The notes beneath the pieces are model-generated. The model saw nothing but the letters and a program-made list of their open reading frames with translations. It ran no database searches and was not told the DNA's origin. Shown here piece by piece: positions 50,985-61,282 of a DNA stretch of 64,000 bases (position 1 is the first letter of the stretch; every line of letters starts with the position of its first letter). Made by a program: the position numbers and the translations under genes. The stretch comes from Podospora anserina (Eukaryota): contig CM030332.1 in assembly GCA_017654855.1 (NCBI GenBank), positions 2,480,001 to 2,544,000 of the forward strand, read 5' to 3'.

Positions 50985-52208
50985 ATGAAGCCATTAATAT
51001 CGCCACTCCTCGGCCTCCTCTACACCACAACCGCCGCCCAAGCAAACCCGATATCATCACCCAAAGCCTCTAAAAAAAACGGCATATCCCCCCAATTATT
51101 CTCTTCCCTCGAACGGCTATCCCGCCTGGTAGACATCTCGTACTGCGTCGGCACCCCAGGTACAGGGGGTCTCTCCCCGCCGTTCAGCTGTTCAAGCCGG
51201 TGCGGTGATGTCGACATAAGCGGGAGGCTGGAGCTGATCAGGAGCTGGAACACGGGGTTTTTGAGCATGGAGGATAGCTGTGGGTTTGTGGCTTTTGACC
51301 ATCCTGGGGTGCAGCAGGACAGAAAAGAGGGCAAGATTGTGGTTGCGTTTCGGGGGACGTATTCGCTGGCTAATACGATTGTTGATTTGAGTACTGTTCC
51401 GCAAGAGTATGTGCCTTATCCTGCTGACCCGGATGGGGATGGGGGGGACGAGAAGGGGAAAGGGCCGAGGTGTAATAATTGTACGGTTCATATGGGGTTT
51501 ATGGCTAGTTGGAAGGCGGCGAGGGAGATTGTCGTGCCTGCGGTGGAAAAGGCGCGGAAGAGGTACCCTGGGTATGGGGTGGAATTGGTGGGACATAGTC
51601 TTGGGGGTGCGGTGGCGATGTTGGCTGGATTGGAGATGAGGGCTGGGAGGGGGTGGGAAGGGGTTAGGGTGGCGACGTTTGGGGAGCCGATGGTGGGGAA
51701 TAAGGGGTTGGTGGAGTTTGTTGATGAGGTTTTTGGGTTGAAGGGGGATGTTGGGGGGGGTGGGGAGGATAAGGCGTATAGGAGGGTGACGCATAAGGGG
51801 GATCCGGTTCCGTTGTTGCCGTTGAGGGAGTGGGGGTTTAGGAGTCATGCTGGGGAGATCTTCATCACGAAGGGGGATTTGCCGCCTGGGCCGAAGGATC
51901 TGAGGTTGTGCGAGGGGGATAGGGATAAAGATTGTTTGAATGGGGAGGATGGGGATGACGAGGAGGGGGAAGAGAGTGATAAGGGGTGGTTTAGGGAGAT
52001 GGTGAACGAGTTGGGCGGGAAGGAGGAGGGTGAGATGTGGGAGACGGAGACGGGGTGGCCGACGAGGTTTAAGTTATGGCAGTTGTTGTTTGCGCATAGG
52101 GATTACTTTTGGAGGCTTGGGTTATGTGTCCCTGGTGGTGATCCTATCGATTGGGGGAGAGGGAGGTATAACCTTACGGAGAGTGATGATGAGATGCGGG
52201 ATCTGTGA
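50985..52208 (+). CDS. Secreted class-3 lipase (triacylglycerol lipase / feruloyl esterase-like)
   Basis: Signal peptide, VDISYC, IVVAFRGT, CTVHMGF, VGHSLGGA nucleophile, RVTHKGDPVPLLP and HRDYF. Confidence 0.9.
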   Translation: MKPLISPLLGLLYTTTAAQANPISSPKASKKNGISPQLFSSLERLSRLVDISYCVGTPGTGGLSPPFSCSSRCGDVDISGRLELIRSWNTGFLSMEDSCGFVAFDHPGVQQDRKEGKIVVAFRGTYSLANTIVDLSTVPQEYVPYPADPDGDGGDEKGKGPRCNNCTVHMGFMASWKAAREIVVPAVEKARKRYPGYGVELVGHSLGGAVAMLAGLEMRAGRGWEGVRVATFGEPMVGNKGLVEFVDEVFGLKGDVGGGGEDKAYRRVTHKGDPVPLLPLREWGFRSHAGEIFITKGDLPPGPKDLRLCEGDRDKDCLNGEDGDDEEGEESDKGWFREMVNELGGKEEGEMWETETGWPTRFKLWQLLFAHRDYFWRLGLCVPGGDPIDWGRGRYNLTESDDEMRDL

Positions 52209-54614
52209 GATGAATTCAAAACACTGGGAGCGAACTGGAGGCAGCCTGCGTTTGACTTGTTTGGCGTTTTGTCGGTTTGGCTAGAAGCATATTGGTATGG
52301 TTCGGAGTTATGATCAAGGAAAACACGAATGGCTTCGGGAGGCTCATGAAAGCGTACTTCTGCTAGTTATGATATCAACATATGATAATGTTTCTTGCTT
52401 CATAAGCTCGCTACACAGATCTCTATCTATCTTTGCGACTCATGTAGTCATCAAACCCGATGACGGTTTCTTGTTCGTGACACACATTCAGGGGCACAGT
52501 TGACTTTTTTAATTCATTTATCACACCCCGGACATAAATCTTGGTGCTGCTCTTAGCTATTTTTAAAGCGTATAATATATCTTTTGAGGCCTATTGGCTA
52601 TCTTTGGAAGAGTTGTAATTATCTTGTGAGGTGTGGTTTCGCTTTCCTCGAGGTGCCTATCAGCATTCACCATCTACCGAGCAAAACGAAGATGTTGTAA
52701 CTCCCCAACCCTGGCCAAGAGATTCAACATTGAGACCGCCACATCATGAGGCTGATGCCTTAGGTTAATCAGACTTCCTCTTTCTCGCCAAGAGTTCGCA
52801 GGAGAGCTGATCAAGTAGCTTCAGTGGATATGTGATGTCCATCCTCATTTGATTCACAGATTTCCGCGAACATTTTGGTGGTTTTCCCTCTACTAACCAG
52901 TCGCGTGACTGGTCATCACCACTGTAACCGGACCTAAACCCTCTCACCAGTGATTGGCCAGGCTGACGAACAAGCTCATAGGCGGATGCCGCTGTCACTT
53001 GTCACGGTTGAAAGTGCGCTGTTGTTGCCTCGACAAAACGCCAAACAGGCAAAATATAAACATCAGCATGAGCATTTAATAAACTCGGAACCGCGACTGC
53101 CTTGTTCTGTTGTGGCTTAGGTCCGTCGTGGTGGTCGTCCAAGGCTGTGTGCATACATCTCATCCCGCATCGAAGCATCTCTTGCTCACTGGATTGGATG
53201 AAATTGAAGGGATTGGATGATGCACTGGCCGCATGCTATGAGTGGCCTAAGAAGGGGGCACGGGGGGAAGCCTTGCAGTGTGTGATGTGGTTCTTCTAGC
53301 CGCTTCCATGATTTACCCTGTGGGTTGGGCTCGTGGGTGAGTTGTTCGTTGAGCCCCACACATGGGATGCTCTTGATAACTTTGATTTGACCAACCACCG
53401 ACATGAGCTTTTAGGAGAATGGGAGCCTCATGAATAGTGGAAGCTGCCTGTGATGGTGAGGGGAGGCAGCATCTCGTTCTGTGTGACCACACCTTCTTTG
53501 AACCCCTCACCTCCCACGTTGCCCGCCAGCGCTTGAACCAAAGAAGGCAGAGGAAGGCTTTGCCTCGTGACTGCCGGCGGCTCAAAGAGGAATGGACGGC
53601 TGAGCCAAACTCTGGTTTTCGGCACGGGGACTGGGTGCCACGAGGACGCGCGCGGGCGGTGGGCAGTGATAAGGAAATAAAACGCTTGCTGCCATCGAAT
53701 GGAGGGGCTCTGAGTCAAGGAGTTTTGCGCGTATGTAGGTCCCTTTGGTTGCGTGACGTCCTGCGGCTTGCCCCTCACCAACATGCCATCTCTGCCTGCG
53801 TCTCAACCTTCGATGATAGGGACAAGATGTAGAGCCATCGGGTTGACGATGGTGATGCATGGACGGCGGGAGGCTGCCGGAGCTGCCCAGTTACCGGGGC
53901 CGCCTGTATTAGTGTAGATCCAAGACATTCCCTGGGAGCTGTGATTGTCTGATCCAGAGAAAAAGGAATTCAGGCGGCCATAAGGTGGGGAACGATGACT
54001 CCATTGAGATGAATGGCGATTTCATGACCAACCTACCTAAAGACCAGGTGACGGCTGCCATCTCAAGCTTTATAGGGAGAATTCAAGACCTCGGATGTTT
54101 CGATTTATATTCCGACGTCCAAGTGCCGAAGCTGGCGGATCAAAGAAGGTCGAGAAGGTCTGTCTCCAAGGTGAAAGCACTGGCAGTGGCAGCCGTCAAC
54201 AAACGACGAGACGTGATCCAGATAGTGGGGTCGGGAGGCCTTGGGCGAGGGTTGCTTGTGCTTGTCTCTGTTAGGGTGGGACTCCCAATTCCGTGGGAAA
54301 TAAGGTGGTATCGTAGGTCACGTGTAAACACTCTGCAGGCGGTTTCATTCGACCGCTGCCCCCGAAAAAAAACAGGGCCCCCCAGGCTGCGCTTCGTTAG
54401 CCCCAAGAGAGGGGGAGACCGATTTGACCTCCCCCGAAAGTCCCTTTGGCTCCAGCACTTGAACCTGCTTCCGACCTCACCACTTCGCAAAAACACCAAA
54501 ACAAATCTCCATCTACCAGCGACTTTTCCACGCGACCCTCCTGCTCTTACCTTCTCCTTTCGGAATCCTCCACTACTCGAGAGACTTGCGCACTCAACAT
54601 CACACATAACAAAA

Positions 54615-55823
54615 ATGGCGACCGAGGTACGTTGGACCCTTGACCCACGACGCCCACCGTCTGAAGCCCGCCCATTTCCCCTCCCGAACGCCCGGCCTCG
54701 AGCCGTGTCGTGATAGGGCCTCTCCTGGGCCTCTGGCATGCCCTCTCCTATCTACTAGAATCTTACTAACTTTCTGTTCTCAATATGTAGCGTGAAAGGT
54801 TCGTCTGCTTCAGTGCTGGAGCTGTGGCCGCCACAGCTTCAACCCCGCCGTTGCCTGCAGCGAGAACTAACCGAGTGTAAAAATTGTAGCAAGACCTTCC
54901 TCGCCCGCCTCTGCGAGCAGGCCGAGCGTTACGATGAGATGGTTGGCTACATGAAAGAGGTCGCCAAGCTCGGTGGTGAGCTTACCGTTGATGAGCGCAA
55001 CCTCCTCTCCGTCGCCTACAAGAACGTCGTTGGCACCCGCCGCGCCAGCTGGCGCATCATCTCCTCGATCGAGCAGAAGGAGGAGTCCAAGGGCTCTGAC
55101 AAGCATGTCCCTACCATTCGCGAGTACCGTTCCAAGATTGAGAGCGAGCTCGAAAAGGTCTGCCAGGACGTTCTTGATGTCCTCGATGAGGCTCTTATCC
55201 CCAACGCTGCCTCTGGCGAGTCTAAGGTATTCTACCACAAGATGTACGTTGTATTCTGCGCTGGCATGAACGTCACCTCTTTTTTGGACTTGGATGACTG
55301 ACTGACTTGATTTATAGGAAGGGTGACTACCACCGTTATCTTGCCGAGTTCGCCTCCGGTGAGAAGCGCAAGGGTGCTGCCACTGCTGCGCACGAGGCCT
55401 ACAAGGTACGATTAGTTGTTTTTGGTTTTGCAAATGCTACTCGATAGTTGCTAACGTGCCGTTTTTTTCGTGTTTTTGTAGAGCGCCACCGATGTCGCTC
55501 AGACCGAGTTGACCCCCACCCACCCCATCCGCCTGGGTCTGGCTCTCAACTTCTCCGTTTTCTACTACGAGATCCTCAACTCCCCCGACCGTGCTTGCCA
55601 CCTCGCCAAGCAGGCTTTTGATGATGCTATTGCCGAGCTCGATTCCCTCTCTGAGGAGTCTTACCGCGACAGCACCCTTATCATGCAGCTTCTCAGGGAT
55701 AACCTTACCCTCTGGACCTCGTCCGATAACGGCGAGCCTGAGGCTACCGAGGTTCCCAAGGAGGAGAAGACCGAGGAGAAGCCCGCTGAGGAGAAGGCTT
55801 CTGAGCCCGCACCTGAGAACTAA
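54615..55823 (+). CDS. 14-3-3 protein; introns 54627-54790, 54799-54889, 55244-55317 and 55406-55481
   Basis: [88 protein letters not shown]. Confidence 0.97.
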
Positions 55824-57879
55824 GCGGCTCGTCCATGACGGGATCGTCGAAACATTCCGAGAAGGGTCTCTCGGGACCCCACACCTCGTTTTGGTTGCTT
55901 GATAAGCTGTAATTGGGGGCGATGTGGGTCAATATCAGACCTTTAGTTGCCGGAGACTGGACTACATCGTCTGGCCGTGCCGGTTGGGCGGGTGCAGTGC
56001 TATGCGGTAGCAATAGCACTAGCGGTTCATGCAAGGGCGAGACTGCGCAAGGGAGTTGGTTGATGTTAGGGGGAAACTGAAAATGCAGGGCATGGTGCTT
56101 TCTCGTTTTATTACCTCTGTTTTTGTTTTGAGTCTCCTTTTTACAACTTTGCTTGCTTCCCTTGGTTCGGAGTTGTGTCGGTTCAAATCTCCAGTTTTCT
56201 GACGAGGGGAGGAGGAAAGGCCAAGCCACCCATCGAAGTCGCTCGCCATTCCATCTGGCGAGGAAATGAAATCCATTTAAGCCAAATACCTCTTTTAGTG
56301 TCACATGTCCCATTCTACGAGCTTTGATGTATCTCCTCCACCGATCACATCCCTTTGTCGTTACAGGCAAGTTGGTGCCTAGATATTTTATGGGCTTAAG
56401 AAGGCGCATGTTTCTATGTGGATTATTTATGAACCATGATCACCACATGTACACATCACTACTATGCCAGTCCTAACTGTGAACTCCCCTTTGCACTGTA
56501 ACTGCCCCTCCAAATGCAGTCTGAAAAAAAAAGGAGGAAAACCAAAAGCCACTGACACTCTGTGAATGTCAATTTCAAATACAGTTTATCTGAACCTCCA
56601 CCACATAAGCCTCACAAACTCAAATCACCAACCACTCAGGATCTCGTTTGTTCAGGTAGGTATTATGTAATATTATTAAATCTGCTTTCTCACAGCGCCC
56701 CAATTTCATTATTACCCCCTTCGCTTTTTCGAACTCCTGGCTTAGCCATCCGTAAACCCCCCCTCCCTTCTCTCCTTATTCCGCTTCCAGATATATATTC
56801 CAAACCAGAAAACAAACAACTAACAACCCCCATCTCCCCTATATACGCTCCCACCCCTCAAAAGCCAAAACAAAAACAAAAAACAAAGCTCTTCTCTTTC
56901 GCTTTGTGTAATGCTGAACCAAAATGCGAACAATGCTTATCCCAACTTCCAGTCCTCAGCCACCTCCTCGATGAGCTGAGCGGGCATATATATATACAAC
57001 AAACCAACCACCGCACACAAGTCTCCGCTATTGTCTCTTGTAAGAAAAAAAAACAGAAACATCTTACCACTCCGGCAAAGGCCAAGCAGCAATATCCTCC
57101 TCCCAATCAATCCAGTCAAAATCCGTTTCCACCGAGGGCAGCTCAATTCTCACATCCTCCTCACCCTCCGCCGACAACACAGATGGAGATCTCGGCCGAT
57201 GATGACCCAGTTTCACCTCCCCATCATCACAAAACTCGCACCGACCACAGTCATGACGAACCCGAATGTTTGGTAGATGTTGCCGGCTCGACTGCTGCCT
57301 ATCCGCCGCTGGACCGCGAATAATCCTCCCCCAATCCAACACCGGCTCCGGATACTGAAATTGTTGCTGCCTCTTCTCCGCTGAGCCCGGAGAATGATCG
57401 CCAACCCCACGATATTTCCCCCTCAGCCCATGACGGCTTCTGTCAGTGGTTGTTCTTCTCAAGCGACGAGCGGGATCAATGTTGCCGGGGTAATGATTAA
57501 TATTATTATCTTCCCTCCCTTCTCTACTATAGGGAGGGTAAGGGTATGTAGAAGATGATGTGTGCGCGGCCGAAAATGTCCCGTAGCCACCACGTATAGA
57601 ATTATGAGGTTGTAATAATGGGGTCGGTGGTGATGGACCTCGTCTTGGTCGGTTTTTCTTCATGCGGCCTCTCTCATCCCTCCCAGGGTCCCAAGGCTGA
57701 TTCTCCTCGCAGGAAGTTCTCACCAAGGAACGACGAGGCCCCACGTCATCGTACACTTCTTGCCCATGGCACCCACCAAGAACAAATCTCCCAGCTTTGT
57801 CGAGAAGTCTCAACACCTAGTCGCAAAACCGCCGACATTTTTCTTTCGATGAGTTGTACAGATTCCGCATCCATGGTCC

Positions 57880-58911
57880 CTATTCATTGGGCTTTGAGCG
57901 TTGTAGCAGCGCCGCTGCCCGTGCCAAGCGGGATGACATCCTTCCTGGGGTGGGCCGTGGAGCGGCGGACGAGTCTGTGAGACTGGAATCAGATGGTGGC
58001 GTGATGACCGCGGCCTGGGCGGTAGGGCGGCGTCCGGGAAATATATCCATGCTAAGTGATTTCTGCGCAGGCCTAGGTGTGGGTGTCGAGACCAGCCTTT
58101 GGTTTGAGAGCCACTTTGGCTGGCTTTTTGGTCTTGTCAGCTCCCGGATTTCCGCGTCCCTTTTATGCGCACTGCTCATCCTATTCGGCTTGACGCGTCG
58201 CAAGAGGTCCGTAACCTTCTTGCCGAAGCCCAATCCTGGCCGCATTTTGCTGTTTTCGCTGCCAGCCCGACTGCCATCCTCTTCTGGTGGCGGCGATGGC
58301 GGCCTGCTACAATTCCGACATACATCTTCCGCCTCCTGTCTCGCATCACCGTTAGGCGTCGGACCAAAGCCCTGTGCTTTGCTTTTGTTCCTTTCAGCAG
58401 CCTCTTTCTTTTTACCCTTTTCACCCCCATCCACCTCCATAATCTCTGAGCACTGGCAGTACGTCTCAGCCATGCCAACACCCTCGCTCCACCCTCGGAT
58501 CCAGTCTGCCTTCTTTCCTTGATTTCGGCTGGGCAGGAGTTGTTGCCTTGTGGAAAGCCAGTCGGGATTACTGGTCTCCTGTGGTGTGGGAGGCGTATTG
58601 CGTTGCTCCTGTGTCTGCGCCGGAGCTGTTCTTGCTGTCGGGGCTGTCCGTGTGGTTGAGTCGATGGGTCTCTCACAGGCGCCATCTGGTTGGTCTGGCT
58701 GAACTTGAAACACCTGGCTACCCAGCGACTTTTGTTCTTGACTTGTAAATCCAACCTTCACTATGTCTGGGTTAGACGCGGGCGCATCGTATACGTAGCT
58801 GTAGTCATCCGAATATGGCGTAGCTCGTATGAATTCAGACAGGGCTAGTGGTGGTGTTGGACGGTGAGGTGTCGTTGACCCCCCGAAGGAGAATTCCCCA
58901 GAGCGATCCAT
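57880..58911 (-). CDS. Hypothetical protein (343 aa, low complexity, with DWIRGW and CxC...CxxC motifs)
   Basis: Intronless ATG-initiated ORF with protein-like composition. No family recognised. Confidence 0.6.
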   Translation of the reverse strand: MDRSGEFSFGGSTTPHRPTPPLALSEFIRATPYSDDYSYVYDAPASNPDIVKVGFTSQEQKSLGSQVFQVQPDQPDGACERPIDSTTRTAPTARTAPAQTQEQRNTPPTPQETSNPDWLSTRQQLLPSRNQGKKADWIRGWSEGVGMAETYCQCSEIMEVDGGEKGKKKEAAERNKSKAQGFGPTPNGDARQEAEDVCRNCSRPPSPPPEEDGSRAGSENSKMRPGLGFGKKVTDLLRRVKPNRMSSAHKRDAEIRELTRPKSQPKWLSNQRLVSTPTPRPAQKSLSMDIFPGRRPTAQAAVITPPSDSSLTDSSAAPRPTPGRMSSRLARAAALLQRSKPNE

Positions 58912-61282
58912 AGTCGGCCACTTTCCGGAGCGATCGTGTTTGGATATGAGAAGCGTGTGGTCTGAGGAGCGATGTATCCAGGGAGGATAGGATAGGTAAA
59001 AAGGACGGCTACTTTCAGATGGCGATGCTCGGGTATACGGGAGAAAACCGAGTCAACGATTGAAGCGACCCGCAGTGTCGAGATGCTGTGTGGTCCTTAT
59101 GCCGACGAGGAGAAGCGCATAGATGGCCGGGATGCGGCAGGAAAGCCAGAGCACCTCCAAAGCATAAACGCGCCGCGGACTTGGGAGGAGCGTATTCGAC
59201 CGTGGACACTGGGCTGAAGATGGCGATGGTTGTTTGGTGAACGGACGGAGCAACCGGTAGACAACCGTGCTGGAGGTACCTTGGTATGGCCCTTGGCTAG
59301 ACTGGCCAAATCGAAGAAGCAACGCCCAAAAGTTTAAAAAGCTCCACAGCACTCAGCTTGAATCGTCTGATATGGAGCCAAGCACAAAAAAAATGGGAAA
59401 GCGCAAATGGGCTGGCAACTTCGATCAAGTTCGGTCTTGGTGATCCACGTGCGGGTGGGCAGTGTTGTCTGCCCTGACTGACGTTCTCTTCAATATCACG
59501 ACGAAGACTCGTGACCGGCAGACAGAAGGCCCGAACCTGTTCCTGCTTTCGACTCGCCCAGCAGTGACACTAGTCCAAGGCCATTTCCTGTCCAATTCCG
59601 GCTTGGATATCTTCCAGTTTCCGCTTATCAAAGAGGCTCAGTGATGTGAGGCGGTCTAACGATCACAGCTGGACGTCGTGTGGCGATGTGTCAAAAAACA
59701 GCAACAGACTTGCTCCTCGCCATAATCTTTCGGGGATGCTGATTTGCGTGCTTCCGCGTGGAAGTTCAGAAAAGGCCGACCAGCGTTTTCTCCCGGCGCC
59801 GAAAAAGATAGCCCCAAGCCTTCCAAAGTCAATTGCAAAAGATGAAATCGGAGAAAAAGCATTGGGAAGCAGGCGGAAAAGGGACCGCGTTGAGAAGTGC
59901 GGCGGCGGATCACGGCACCAAAAAAACCCACCGCATGCAACCACTGCAAGCCCCGCTGCCCTGCACCACACCACTGGAAAGGTGTTCCCTTCCCCAGCGC
60001 ACCGGTCCTCGGCAGAGGGGTGGTGACCTGGTTGAGCCCTGGAAAAAGTCACGATGGACCAATAAAGTCGATACAGACCCCCAGCCCCAACGCTAAACAA
60101 GATCGATAATTGACGAGCCTAGCCTTTCTCAGGGCTACACCAGCACGGGACTAGCGTCGGGATGTGCGATTTCCCCTTGGAGTTGGTGGGTGAGGTGTTG
60201 CCGTCAAACCGGGTCAGTCGCGTGAACCCTCGCTGCAGGATGCGCCCAGTTCAATTAATTTATCCAAACCGTAACAATATTTCCCAAACCCGTCCCCCAA
60301 AAAAGTCTCAGATGCGGGTGGCGCTGAAAAGGAGAAGGTAACTACAGTCGGGGAGTCGGAGAAAACCCGGCTGTCACAGATAGAGAAATCTCAAACGCGA
60401 AAAGAGAAGAGGGTGCTGCGGCAGATGCACAACATTGGATGTACAATGACGTACTGCCCAATGTTCTGGACCAACCCATCACTTTACAGCTGTTCAAAGC
60501 CCTTAGGATATATCACAACAAAACCAGTGGGAAGATGCCACCTTCTACTTGATGATGTCTTCACGGTAAGAAATGCCAGGCTACCTATCCGTAAGCATCT
60601 TCCTATCGCATTCCTGGGGAATCAAAATCTGGTTCAAGAAAACCACATGTTGCAAGTCAATCACAACCATGTCAGATTCGGGACGCGCCAAGAGCGTTGA
60701 AAGCAGCCACATGCCCCCCCCCCCTCCATCTTCACAAATCTCTTGGCCTTGAATCCCAAAAATGAGATCTTCCCCAAACAAACTTTTCGGTCTACTAGTC
60801 TATCCTTTTGTAAACTACTTCAAGATATTTATTTTCCCTGCTGGCCAGACCGGTGGTGATTTCACACCATCGGAGTCAGCAGTTGTTGAGATAAGCGTTT
60901 ACGCCATCTGCTCGTGTTCTTTGAGTACACTCAGACGACCATGTTTCAGTTACGCCTTCATTCAGCCACACCGAAGGTTACCACAACCATAAAATACTCC
61001 AACTTCCCTCAACTGCGCTACAACAAACATTGCTCCCGAGCTGCCATAACTATTAGAATGGCACCTCCAGAAGAACTCTCCAACGGCATGAAAACAGTAG
61101 AAGCACAATTATAACACCCCCATCCTCTCTGTATTCTGTAATTCCTGTATACCTGTATCAACTTCAAAAGCCTGTATGATATCACTTCCCACCCTTGACA
61201 TCAAACCACCTTTTCCAGAACGCCTATGAAACTCAAATTCATTTGGCCCTTTCTACCAAGTCCATTACGCCAAGGGGCTCGT

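Noticed and set aside
53985-54739. 242-aa and 199-aa ORFs upstream of 14-3-3
   Set aside because: They overlap the promoter, 5' UTR and first intron of 14-3-3, and the translations lack protein-like features.
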